This document shows, piece after piece, positions 36,227-45,192 of a DNA stretch of 53,546 nucleotides. The position numbers and the translations under genes are program-made. Source of the stretch: Candidatus Stahliibacteriota bacterium (GTDB lineage: Bacteria > Hydrothermota > UBA3073 > JACQXS01). The notes under the pieces are model-generated. The model saw nothing but the letters and a program-made list of their open reading frames with translations. It searched no databases and had not been told where the DNA came from. Each line of letters begins with the position of its first letter. Position 1 is the first letter of the stretch. The DNA lies in the NCBI GenBank assembly GCA_016208615.1, contig JACQXS010000036.1, positions 1 through 53,546 of the forward strand, given 5' to 3'.

Positions 36227-38653
36227 TTAAAAAACAATTGCCTTTTTTATCCGTGTTTCTTTCCCATTATTCAGTTTGACAAAGAATACGCCAGCTGACA
36301 TCTTTGATACATCCCATTCTACTTTATGTGTACCAGCGATAAAAGTGCCACGCTTTAATTCCTGCACCATTCTTCCGGTAATATCGTAGATATTAATTGT
36401 CACATCAGATGCGGTGGGTAATGAGAAACTAATAGTAGTCTTTTTCAATATAGGATTAGAGACTAATGAAAGATTTAACTCTTTTGTACTTTGCGACTCA
36501 TTTTCTTCTGTTCCCACTGTAAGGTAAATCGCTCTGGCTGAGTCACTATTATTTTCTATCGCAGTTTTAGAAGTCCCACCAACTATAGCAAATGCCACTA
36601 TCTGACTACTACCCGGAGTAAGGTCAAAAGGACCTGCTGATGTAACAACCGAAAAGTCTTTCCCCGTTCCTGTCCCAAAATTAAGTGTCCGGTTCATAAA
36701 TTTGTATTTAGTAGTATCTGATGGCTCAGTAACAGGATATGTATAAGTTGGATTAGCTAAACTACTTGCATTCTTAAAAAGATTAGTCGGATAAAGCAGT
36801 GTAGCTCCTGCGAATAAATTACTTGCCGCATTAGAAACCCATGCCAAGTACTTGGCATCATTCGCGCCAGCAGCATCTGTAGTACATGCAGCACCTATTC
36901 CTATATCAAAGTCAGCAAATATAGCAGAATATAAACCAGTAACCGTAGAAGTCCCATTATTCGTGTAATTAAATTGCATAATGACAAAGTCATCGTAATT
37001 GGAGTTCTTAAATCCCCACGCATATTGTTGACAAACAATATTCTTAGAAGCAACTCCTGTTCCTTTATCATCATAATAGCCAAGTAGCATAGTATCACCC
37101 TGTTCTGGAGGGCTAACCCATCTTAATCTACCAAAAATGGGTGTAACAGTGGGTACCCAGTCATGGTCTACATTAGCACCGGGTGTATACCAATTATCTA
37201 TTACATATGTCTCTGAATTTCCGAACCCCATACTCGCAAAGTATAGCGTATTCTGACTGTTGTAAATAAATCCACTCCCATTTCCCTCTACTGTATCGAA
37301 TCCAATAGAAGCAAATGGAGTTACAGTAAGAGTTGCTGTTCCTGCTGTTCCTGTTCTTATATTTGCATACTCCATCCCTCTTCTTAAAGGGAGTTGGAAT
37401 TCGAAGTCTCGTGTATATCCACCATCTGCTGTGATATGTAAGTTAAAACTCACATCATGGTCAATAGCCGATGCACTTCCTATGGCTACATATGGAGTAG
37501 TTGCATTACCTCTTACTTCATTGCTTGGGATAGACCCAAAATTGGCAACCGCAGTAGTAATATTCACATCAGGGTCAGTAGTAGAAAGAGTTGCGGAAAC
37601 ATTTGTAAATGCTTGAACTACTGCTAAAAGCGAGTCTATGATGCTAATTGTATCCCCGGGTTCCCACAAATTATTATGCGGTTCATTAAACTTATAACTA
37701 TAAAGGGCTATAGAATTTCGTGGATGTACTTCCATCCAAACCGCCCAACTGGGACCACGGATAGTATCACCCTCATTCCCGTACCCAAACTCCACCCATG
37801 ACTGTCCAGCCCATGAATTTTTTATTAACCATTTACTGCCTGCGTCATTCCAACCATAGATACAAACTCCATGATTTAACTGCGATTTACCTAAAATAGG
37901 AGTATAGACACCACCCTGGTAATATAAAAAGTCCTCTTTCACCCTTATCGCCACTGCCACAGGTCCGTTCATCACTTCGTTTTTAATTGCTTCTCGTGCA
38001 TCCGAAGGCGTAGAACCATTTACCCATCCCCATTTTGTAACTCTATTTGGTCTGCCCCTTTTTTCCCAATCACTACACCTATTACCGCACGGCGACTCTG
38101 TTCCCGCATACGAGAAGCAGGGTTCATCCGGTACACCCTCATTTTTTAACCAATCGCCAAGAAAATAATTCCCACCATTGCAACCACTTCCATATGGATT
38201 ACAAGAGAGTATGAACTGTTCCGATAAGTTGAAATTATAATCCGGTATTCCTGAAATAATATTACTTCTTGCCTCGTGTGCAGCAGTCCATGCAAAGTCC
38301 CAACAATCACCACAGCCCTGCACTTTGGGCTGCGTCATCCAGTCCTGACCATCCTTGTTTCGCCAATCCCACGCAGAAGGGGGTGTAATTTTAGCCAATC
38401 TCCGCTCCTTTGCCTTGGAACTTTCGCTTGGGCGTGGCATATCTTTTGTCCACTCCGGAATTATAAGCCCACCCAGCAGCTTTTGCTTCTCTTCTGCTGA
38501 TAAGCGAGAAGCCGGTGTTTCGCCCGCTATCCATGGGTTACCGAGCTTAGCCAATGTATCCTGCAGAGCTTTGAGAAATGCATCCTCTGCTATGGACTTC
38601 TGTGCCCAGACCAACGATACCATAACCCCTAATACTAAGATATACTTTTTCAT
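36227..38653 (-). CDS. secreted papain-like (C1 family) cysteine peptidase with a T9SS C-terminal sorting domain
   Basis: Signal peptide. QGCGDCWDFAW holds the catalytic Cys, NHGVCIYGW the His, and KNSWAG the Asn. Long beta-rich middle region. The C-terminus is VSNPI..INIYDITGRMV..GVFFVKLNNG. Confidence 0.8.
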   Translation of the reverse strand: MKKYILVLGVMVSLVWAQKSIAEDAFLKALQDTLAKLGNPWIAGETPASRLSAEEKQKLLGGLIIPEWTKDMPRPSESSKAKERRLAKITPPSAWDWRNKDGQDWMTQPKVQGCGDCWDFAWTAAHEARSNIISGIPDYNFNLSEQFILSCNPYGSGCNGGNYFLGDWLKNEGVPDEPCFSYAGTESPCGNRCSDWEKRGRPNRVTKWGWVNGSTPSDAREAIKNEVMNGPVAVAIRVKEDFLYYQGGVYTPILGKSQLNHGVCIYGWNDAGSKWLIKNSWAGQSWVEFGYGNEGDTIRGPSWAVWMEVHPRNSIALYSYKFNEPHNNLWEPGDTISIIDSLLAVVQAFTNVSATLSTTDPDVNITTAVANFGSIPSNEVRGNATTPYVAIGSASAIDHDVSFNLHITADGGYTRDFEFQLPLRRGMEYANIRTGTAGTATLTVTPFASIGFDTVEGNGSGFIYNSQNTLYFASMGFGNSETYVIDNWYTPGANVDHDWVPTVTPIFGRLRWVSPPEQGDTMLLGYYDDKGTGVASKNIVCQQYAWGFKNSNYDDFVIMQFNYTNNGTSTVTGLYSAIFADFDIGIGAACTTDAAGANDAKYLAWVSNAASNLFAGATLLYPTNLFKNASSLANPTYTYPVTEPSDTTKYKFMNRTLNFGTGTGKDFSVVTSAGPFDLTPGSSQIVAFAIVGGTSKTAIENNSDSARAIYLTVGTEENESQSTKELNLSLVSNPILKKTTISFSLPTASDVTINIYDITGRMVQELKRGTFIAGTHKVEWDVSKMSAGVFFVKLNNGKETRIKKAIVF

Positions 38654-38670
38654 AAACCCTCCTTATTGAT

Positions 38671-38698
38671 ATAATAGTTTTTTTTATCCATTTGTCAA
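38671..38698 (-). promoter_or_regulatory. putative sigma70-type promoter of the peptidase gene
   Basis: Minus strand reads TTGACA (38698-38693), 16-nt spacer, TATTAT (38676-38671), then atcaataAGGAGGgtttATG. Confidence 0.5.
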
Positions 38699-38829
38699 GT
38701 AAAATTTTTGAATCTGCCGAAAAACCCCTTTTATGTTACTCTGAACTCGCATTGTATCACCTCCGATAGGAGTCCGAAGACTCTATCGGAGTCCTTCGGA
38801 CCTGAGCAAAGCGAAGGGTCTCATAATTC

Positions 38830-38986
38830 GTTGATTGTATTAGATTCTTCACAGAGATTGCCCTGAACAATATCTTGAACAATATTATAGAGATTCTTCA
38901 CTCCGTTCAGAATGACAAGCGAAGGGTTCAGAATGACAAGCGAAGGGTTCAGAATGACAAGTGAAGAGTTCAGAATGACAGTTTGC
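38830..38986 (-). repeat. interspersed non-coding repeat, family A, copy 2 (inverted relative to copy 1)
   Basis: The reverse complement aligns with 3976..4093. Contains 21-bp tandem units gttcagaatgacaagcgaagg x3.5. Confidence 0.75.
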
Positions 38987-39100
38987 GATAGTTTCTTTTC
39001 TACCCAGCTTTAGCTGAGGGTTAAATGAACTTAAGTTCTCAAAACCCTGCTCCGCATACTGCGGGGCGATAGAAATTCAACTGCTTTATAAAAAGGAATG

Positions 39101-39144
39101 TAAAAATAGTATGGGCATAGCAGAGTAAATACTCTACTATGCCC
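39101..39144 (-). terminator. putative Rho-independent terminator of the surface-protein operon
   Basis: Hairpin GGGCATAG.AGAGT-loop-ACTCT.CTATGCCC (39113-39144), followed on the minus strand by a T-rich tract (atactattttta). Confidence 0.5.
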
Positions 39145-39165
39145 GGTACTAAAAAATATCCTACT

Positions 39166-39699
39166 TTACTTTACGAATATGAGTTTCTTTGTCGCGGTAT
39201 AATCCGATGCTACCATTCTGACAAAGTACACGCCTTGGGCTACCCGATTACCATTATCCGATTCGCCATTCCAATTAATGCTATAAAAAGCTGGCTTCTT
39301 CTCGCCTGATACAAGTGTCTTAACTACTCTGCCTGACACATCATATACGAGAATATGCACATTCGCCACTTTCGGCACAGCATATCTGATAGTCGCGATA
39401 TGAGCCACTGGATTTGGTGATGGATAAGACAGATTAAATACCTTAGGAATAAGAGGTTGGAAATCGTTTTCCTCTACACTAATGTATTGTTTCTGGGAGT
39501 ATGTATGTAGTCCTGCCTGCTCTATATAAGTAGCGCTCTTTGATTCACCTGTCACCGATTGACCTGCTGCATCTTTAAGAATATAATTCGCTGAACTCCC
39601 TATCCCGCCCGCACTTGAAAAGTCAGACTTCGTCATTACATACAGCGGGGCAGAAAATGCAGACCCAGCGAAAAGTAAAGCTGCTAAAATGTACTTCAT
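39166..39699 (-). CDS. small secreted protein with a T9SS C-terminal sorting domain
   Basis: Signal peptide MKYILAALLFAGSAFSA. The C-terminus is SPNPVAHIATIRY..VHILVYDVSGRVV..GVYFVRMVA. Strong SD aaaaggaggaga. Confidence 0.7.
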   Translation of the reverse strand: MKYILAALLFAGSAFSAPLYVMTKSDFSSAGGIGSSANYILKDAAGQSVTGESKSATYIEQAGLHTYSQKQYISVEENDFQPLIPKVFNLSYPSPNPVAHIATIRYAVPKVANVHILVYDVSGRVVKTLVSGEKKPAFYSINWNGESDNGNRVAQGVYFVRMVASDYTATKKLIFVK

Positions 39700-40109
39700 C
39701 TCTCCTCCTTTTTAGGTGTTAGGGATTGGGGATTAGGGGTTAGTTTGGAAATAAGAGAACGGATTTGTCTACCAAGAGTGTTCATTCGTGTTATTAAACT
39801 TGTGCTTCCTTTTTCATCTATAAAGGCCAACTCAAAAGCAATAACAACTTGAGTCTCTAATTCAGCTAACGATCCCAGGGCAATATAAAGGAATTGCCTG
39901 AACTCTGCTGTATGTCCCCTAATATGACCTTCGGCAATATTTGAGGGAATAGAAACAACTGCTTTTCTTATCTGACTTGTTAGTCCATAAAGCTCGGTCC
40001 TCGGGAAATGGACAGTAATCTTATAGACTTCTTTAACAAGTTCTATCCCTTCTTGCCAAATTCTTAAATCTCTAAAGCTTTTTACCCTATTATCCAAACT
40101 AACCCCCAA
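39696..40109 (-). CDS. four-helix-bundle protein (23S rRNA intervening-sequence protein / Avd family)
   Basis: FRDLRIWQEGIELVKEVYKIT..FPRTELYGLTSQIRKAVVSIPSNIAEG...LYIALGSLAELETQ matches the family consensus as recalled. TTG start. Both ends of the ORF run into the flanking inverted repeats. Confidence 0.8.
   Translation of the reverse strand: MGVSLDNRVKSFRDLRIWQEGIELVKEVYKITVHFPRTELYGLTSQIRKAVVSIPSNIAEGHIRGHTAEFRQFLYIALGSLAELETQVVIAFELAFIDEKGSTSLITRMNTLGRQIRSLISKLTPNPQSLTPKKEER
39722..39748. repeat. 27-bp inverted repeat, left arm, flanking the four-helix-bundle gene
   Basis: gggattggggattaggggttagtttgg matches the reverse complement of 40094..40120 at 24 of 27 positions. Confidence 0.8.
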
Positions 40110-40120
40110 TCTCTAATCCC
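40094..40120. repeat. 27-bp inverted repeat, right arm, flanking the four-helix-bundle gene
   Basis: ccaaactaacccccaatctctaatccc. It also encodes the last codons and the stop of the upstream gene. Confidence 0.8.
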
Positions 40121-42008
40121 TATTTATCTTTCCTTCTAATTCTTGTTTTTCTATTCTCTCTTCTGTCATTGTCGGGTGTACAATTTGCTCTATCTCTTCT
40201 GCACTAAGTTCAGTTCGTATCTCATATCCTTTTTCTCTTGCAATTACCATCCAATCAAATGTTGCATTGGGGTCACCGGCACCAGATTTAACTACAAAAT
40301 TACCCGCCGAACTTTGAGCAATATATAAGCCACTCCAACTGCCTTTGGAGGTTACAGTTATTCTGAGGTCCACATTCCCTGAGGCAAACTTGCTTATCTC
40401 TTTATCCAATGTAATAGTCGCTACCCCGTTCTGCAATCTGGCATTCCCTGATGCAATAAGCTCAACATCACGCGACTGGATGGGTTGATACGGCACAGCA
40501 CTCCCTTTACCATCTTTCTTAAATGTACCCCAGCCCAAATCTGCATATGCCCAGCCATCCCCACGGAAGTAAAACCTTTGAATGCCATTTGCATAGAAGT
40601 TAGCAATTCTCTCAGCGCTCGTATTACCATATGTATTATACACATAAAGAGCAGGAAAAAGAGTGCCAGTGGTATCATTCTGGAAAACGCCTCCAAATTT
40701 TTTCCCATTTGCATATACGCCCTTATCAACAGCATTATACACATGAAGTCCATCATCACCAGCATTGCTTACATAAACCCCATCCTCGCCAACATTACCT
40801 ACATAAACCCCATTATCACCCGCACTGTTTACATAAATCCCATCACTACCGGCACTGCTTACATAAAACCCATCATCACCGGCATTTTTCACCCATACGC
40901 CGTCACCCCCGGCCCCGGTGCGGTCAACATAAACACCGTAACTTCCTGCAGAATCTACATAAACACCATTCCGGCCAGCTGTTCCAACATAGACTCCATG
41001 GGTATCCGCATTAACAACATTAATACCATGTTTTCCTGCATTATTCACATAGACTCCATTATCACCCGCATTGTTCACATAGACTCCATGGGTATCCGCA
41101 TTAACAACATTAATACCATGTTTTCCTGCATTATTCACATAGACTCCATTATCACCCGCATTATTCACATAGACTCCATTATCGTTTGCATTATCCACTT
41201 GAACTCCATTCCCATCTGCATAATTTACTTCAAACCCCTCTCCACCGCCCATTGCCGAATCTACATAAACACCATCTACTGAACGAAGGATATAAAGCCC
41301 TTTGCCACCACCAGTAGCTTTCAAATATAGTGGTGTTTGCGACCCAGAAGTCACAAGAGTTTCAGGTGGCTGTAATCTTAAAGCTATACCTGCTGTATCT
41401 GCGTATGCTGCTCCACCACCACCCATAGCATATAGAGCAGTATCTGCAAGATTTGCTTTGGCTACTTCACCTACTACATTAGCCCCGGCTACATACTCTG
41501 CGGTGTCTGCGTAGATAGCATTAGTTGCAGTATTAGCAGTCCAAGCCGTATAAGCAAGATTAGCAATAGTAGCTGTGTCTGCTTTTTCTGCCCTTATGGC
41601 ATAACCCACTGAGACTAACTTTTTCCTCGGTGAAAGCGTATCATTTCCTGCTTGAGTCTCAATCCATAATGGAATGCCTGTAAAAGTGCCTGATGGAATA
41701 GGATTAACACTACCCAGTATCACATTAAATATCCCCTTATCCACAGAAACAGCCATATGTGTTTCGTTCCAGACAGAGATTCCTCCGGTAGGTACAGTAT
41801 ATATCCTAAAACTCATCCCTATTACATCTGTAATCCCCGTAGTATCAGTAGCACTGCCGAGCCAGCCCTGATAATTTATCTCATGCGGGGCCCCTTTACC
41901 GAAAGCTATTTGTTTTGGCAATATGTTAGGGGTCTCGTCCTGTCTAACATTTGCCGTAAATCCCGTGCTTACCATAAATAGCACGCCCAGCAAAATATTC
42001 CTTACCAT
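40113..42008 (-). CDS. secreted repeat protein, paralog 3 (shared N- and C-terminal domains, Gly/Asn-rich 10-aa repeats)
   Basis: Start set to the ATG at 42008 after aaaaaggaggaaag (MVRNILLGVLFMV signal). N-domain INYQGWLGS..GITD..FRIY..GG..WNE..VDKGIFNVILGS..WIETQ..LSPRKKLVSVGYA. Central NAGDNGVYVNNAGKHGINVVNADTHGVYV repeats. The C-domain is shared with 43015..44937. Confidence 0.7.
   Translation of the reverse strand: MVRNILLGVLFMVSTGFTANVRQDETPNILPKQIAFGKGAPHEINYQGWLGSATDTTGITDVIGMSFRIYTVPTGGISVWNETHMAVSVDKGIFNVILGSVNPIPSGTFTGIPLWIETQAGNDTLSPRKKLVSVGYAIRAEKADTATIANLAYTAWTANTATNAIYADTAEYVAGANVVGEVAKANLADTALYAMGGGGAAYADTAGIALRLQPPETLVTSGSQTPLYLKATGGGKGLYILRSVDGVYVDSAMGGGEGFEVNYADGNGVQVDNANDNGVYVNNAGDNGVYVNNAGKHGINVVNADTHGVYVNNAGDNGVYVNNAGKHGINVVNADTHGVYVGTAGRNGVYVDSAGSYGVYVDRTGAGGDGVWVKNAGDDGFYVSSAGSDGIYVNSAGDNGVYVGNVGEDGVYVSNAGDDGLHVYNAVDKGVYANGKKFGGVFQNDTTGTLFPALYVYNTYGNTSAERIANFYANGIQRFYFRGDGWAYADLGWGTFKKDGKGSAVPYQPIQSRDVELIASGNARLQNGVATITLDKEISKFASGNVDLRITVTSKGSWSGLYIAQSSAGNFVVKSGAGDPNATFDWMVIAREKGYEIRTELSAEEIEQIVHPTMTEERIEKQELEGKINRD
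40988..41167. repeat. 90-bp tandem duplication (2 units, 1 mismatch) within the paralog 3 repeat region
   Basis: Unit 40988-41077 matches 41078-41167 except ttgttca versus ttattca. It has a 30-bp (10-aa) sub-period. Confidence 0.85.
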
Positions 42009-42021
42009 CTTTCCTCCTTTT

Positions 42022-42900
42022 TTACTTGATATATGTAACCACGGCACCCATAATCTTTAAATTGCTGTCCCACGCAGTAGAATAAGCATATATATGATAG
42101 CCAAAAGCCGTATTATCAATAGTAGCATAAGAGATAGATTCGTCAGTTCCACTGCCATATCCCGTAATGCTTGTAGAAGAAACGGTAGCCATCCAGTTAT
42201 AAGCACCGGCTGCCAAATTTAGTCTTGCCAAATGTACAGTCATATCACTGGCCGAGTTATCGTCAAAGAATACCTTAAACCCAGTCACCACTGCTCCTTG
42301 TGGCAGATGCACAGGAGCTACTAATGCCCCACTGCCAGTAATAGCAATATATGCTCCACCATTACCATATGTATTATAATAGTCCACATTAGCTCCCGGG
42401 ACAAAAGCTTCGCCTCCTACCACAAAATAGTTAGTATCCGGAACACAATAAGCCGCTGTATCTGCATAAATTGACTGATAAGCAAAGCCTGCCATATCTG
42501 CTATTTCTGAATACAGTGCATACATAACGCTACCTATTTTTTTGCGCGGTGAAAGCACATCGGTTCCTACTACTGTTTCAAGCCAAATATCGCCACCAAA
42601 TATGGGCAAAATGCTATCGCTACCCAGCATTACATTGAATATGCCCTTATTCACTACAACCGCAGGATGTACCTCTGTCCAATATGCAAGTCCACCTGTT
42701 TCCGCGCCATATATTGAAAAAGTCATCTCAAGAGTATCTGTAATTCCTGTTGTATCATTACTGCCAAGCCATCCCTGGTAATTCATTTCGTGCGGTCCCG
42801 CCTTTACATCCTTCGCCGGGGTAGGTGCTACTTTTTGCACCGCCTCTGCCGATACTATGAGTGCGCCTACTAATAGGACACTCAATATTCCCTTCTTCAT
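42022..42900 (-). CDS. secreted protein, paralog 2 (shared N-terminal domain, distinct C-terminal beta-rich domain)
   Basis: Signal peptide MKKGILSVLLVGALIVSAEA and the same MNYQGWLGS..GITD..FSIY..GIFNVMLGS..WLETV..LSPRKKIGSVMYA N-domain. No central repeats. Confidence 0.7.
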   Translation of the reverse strand: MKKGILSVLLVGALIVSAEAVQKVAPTPAKDVKAGPHEMNYQGWLGSNDTTGITDTLEMTFSIYGAETGGLAYWTEVHPAVVVNKGIFNVMLGSDSILPIFGGDIWLETVVGTDVLSPRKKIGSVMYALYSEIADMAGFAYQSIYADTAAYCVPDTNYFVVGGEAFVPGANVDYYNTYGNGGAYIAITGSGALVAPVHLPQGAVVTGFKVFFDDNSASDMTVHLARLNLAAGAYNWMATVSSTSITGYGSGTDESISYATIDNTAFGYHIYAYSTAWDSNLKIMGAVVTYIK

Positions 42901-43016
42901 CTCTCCGCCTTTTTCAAAAATACCTTTTCCCTTCTCTATCTTTCCTCAGGGTGGATTAGTCCCCTATCACTATTGTTAATCCTATACCTCCTTTCAAATA
43001 AAAAATCCCAATTCCT
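42822..43016. repeat. 195-bp duplicated segment, copy 1 (5' leader + signal-peptide codons)
   Basis: Near-identical to 44859..45053 (offset 2037 nt, a few mismatches). Confidence 0.85.
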
Positions 43017-44937
43017 AAAAACCTAACGTTGTGCCATTCTCTTGATGAGTAGCTTTGCTTGTGCGTATGGTCGGTTGGTGTGTTGGTTCCTGTTTCTCTA
43101 TTTTATTGGGTTCTGTGTGCGAAGGAGATGTAATTTGTTCTACTTCTGCGGTACTAAGTTCAACTCTTTGTTCGTATCCTTTTTCGCGTGCTATTACCAT
43201 CCAGTCAAATTCAACATTCTGGTCACCGGCGCCTGATTTGACAACAAAATTATCAGCTGACCTGCTCGCTATATATAAGCCACTCCAATTGCCTTTGGGA
43301 GTTACGGTAATTTTAAGGTCCACATTATTAGAGACAAACTCTGCTATCTTGGGGTCCAAATTCACAGTCGTTGCTCCATTTGATAATTTAGCACTACCTG
43401 AGGACACAATTTCCTTATCCCTTGTTTCCATAGAGTGATATGGCTCAACATTACCTTTGCCACCTGATTTGAATGTATTCCAGCCCGCATCTGCATATGC
43501 ATTACCATCACCACGGAAATAAAATCTTAGAGTACCGGTCCCTGCATAGAAATCAGCTAAATGGTCAGCAGAGGTAGCACCATGTTCATTCCTTAGATAA
43601 AGAGTAGGATAGGAGGCACCATTATTATAAAAAGCAGCTCCCCAGTTAGTACCATGAGCCAATACTCCGACATGTTCCGCAGCGTCAACATTAACTCCAT
43701 TATAGCCCGCACTACCGACACTTAGTCCATTATGGACTGCATTTTGGACAGTTAGCCCATTATAGCCCGCCTTACTGACCCAGATACCGTCCCAATCACT
43801 GCCACTACTATCTATAAAAACTCCACATTTTTGTGCATATCCAATCTTAATTCCGTGTCCACCAGTATTATTAATCCGTACTCCATTACTATCAGCATTA
43901 TTTACATAAACTCCATTCTCATCGGCATTATTTACATAAACTCCTGAGGCGCCTGCATCCCAAACACCAAATCCCTGCCCTCCTGATTTCACTACCCACA
44001 TACCAGCAGAGCCAGCACCAGATGTATCCACTCTCATTCCAACTGTTCCTGAATTCTGTACCTCAACTCCTACTCCACCTGCTTTCACAATATTTACTCC
44101 ATTCCCCACAGCCGTATCAATTTGAATTCCGTCCCCTCCGGCTTTTATTATCCTTATTGCATCATCGTAAGCAACATTGTTTATTTTGATGGCATTATTT
44201 CCAATAGTACCGACTACTAATCCATAATAGCCACCATTATCAAGATATATGGCTGTATCAGGTGCATTTGTGATAAGTAAAGCTATGTCACTTCCTAATG
44301 TACTACCTGACACATCAATTGCAATTCCCGTTCCATTTGCGTTTGTATTCTGAACATATATCACCGCACCTGTTGTATTGGCTTGAATGACATCCGGTCC
44401 TACGAGATGACCTGCTGAATCTGCATATCCTGCTGCCCCTCCACCACTCGCATAAGCCGCCGTATCCGCATAGTTAGCATGATTAGCGTTAGTTGCCCAA
44501 TTTGCTATATCTGCGAAATCTGCATGCATAGCGTAGGCAACGCTAACTATCTTTTTGCGTGGCGCAAGCAAATCAGGTCCTACTTGTGTTTCAAGCCACC
44601 GCGGCGTACCATCAAATATAAATGGTGGAATAGGACTAAAAGTTCCCAGCAGCACATTAAATATCCCCTTATCCACATTCACAGGCACTGGTGGTTGTTC
44701 CCATAATAGAGCTCCACCTATCTCCGCATCAAAGATTCTGAATACCATATCAAGAGTAGCTGTAATCCCAACCGTATCAGTAGCACTCGCAAGATAGCCC
44801 TGATAATTAATCTCTGATGGCACTGCTTTTGCACCTTTTGCTGGAACTGGTGTTATTTTAGGTGCTACTTTTTGCACCGCCTCTGCCGATACTATGAGTG
44901 CGACTACTAATAGGGCACTCAATATTCCCTTCTTCAT
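43015..44937 (-). CDS. secreted repeat protein, paralog 1 (shared N- and C-terminal domains, Gly/Asn-rich repeats)
   Basis: Signal peptide MKKGILSALLVVALIVSAEA. N-domain INYQGYLAS..GITA..FRIF..GIFNVLLGT..WLETQ..LAPRKKIVSVAYA. Central GVYVNNADENGVYVNNADSNGVRINN-type repeats. The C-domain FYFRGDGNAYADAGWNTF...DWMVIAREKGYE is shared with paralog 3. Confidence 0.7.
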   Translation of the reverse strand: MKKGILSALLVVALIVSAEAVQKVAPKITPVPAKGAKAVPSEINYQGYLASATDTVGITATLDMVFRIFDAEIGGALLWEQPPVPVNVDKGIFNVLLGTFSPIPPFIFDGTPRWLETQVGPDLLAPRKKIVSVAYAMHADFADIANWATNANHANYADTAAYASGGGAAGYADSAGHLVGPDVIQANTTGAVIYVQNTNANGTGIAIDVSGSTLGSDIALLITNAPDTAIYLDNGGYYGLVVGTIGNNAIKINNVAYDDAIRIIKAGGDGIQIDTAVGNGVNIVKAGGVGVEVQNSGTVGMRVDTSGAGSAGMWVVKSGGQGFGVWDAGASGVYVNNADENGVYVNNADSNGVRINNTGGHGIKIGYAQKCGVFIDSSGSDWDGIWVSKAGYNGLTVQNAVHNGLSVGSAGYNGVNVDAAEHVGVLAHGTNWGAAFYNNGASYPTLYLRNEHGATSADHLADFYAGTGTLRFYFRGDGNAYADAGWNTFKSGGKGNVEPYHSMETRDKEIVSSGSAKLSNGATTVNLDPKIAEFVSNNVDLKITVTPKGNWSGLYIASRSADNFVVKSGAGDQNVEFDWMVIAREKGYEQRVELSTAEVEQITSPSHTEPNKIEKQEPTHQPTIRTSKATHQENGTTLGF

Positions 44938-45053
44938 CTCTCCTCCTTTTTCAAAAATACCTTTTCCCTTCTCTATCTTTCCTCAGGGTGGATTAGTCCC
45001 CTATCACTATTGTTAATCCTATACCTCCTTTCAAATAAAAAATCCCAATTCCT
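44859..45053. repeat. 195-bp duplicated segment, copy 2 (5' leader + signal-peptide codons)
   Basis: Near-identical to 42822..43016. Confidence 0.85.
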
Positions 45054-45192
45054 CCCGCCACAGCCACCGCTGGAGCGGGACAATCGGGATCCCGAAGAAA
45101 GCGGGACAAACTCCAAATCCCAAATAAAACCCAAATCCCAAAAATAACGATATAAATGAATTCATTTTGTCATACTTTGCTACATTTTTTCT

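Noticed and set aside
38700-39165. Structured RNA gene (RNase P, SRP, tmRNA or riboswitch) in the 510-bp gap
   Set aside because: Stable hairpins exist, but I saw none of the conserved signatures I know (for example GGAAAGTCC of RNase P). The region is largely explained by repeat family A, a terminator and a promoter. An Rfam scan would be needed to exclude a small RNA.
40485-41282. 265-aa ORF on the plus strand, with other antisense ORFs (40421..40765, 40631..41014, 41302..41514)
   Set aside because: They are antisense to the repeat region of paralog 3. Their low-complexity, His/Ile-rich translations come from the periodic sequence, and they have no SD.
39166-44937. Diversity-generating retroelement (an Avd-like four-helix-bundle gene next to variable surface proteins)
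   Set aside because: No reverse transcriptase ORF is present in the window. I found no template/variable repeat pair with adenine-specific differences. The observed repeats are tandem coding repeats and a 5' leader duplication.
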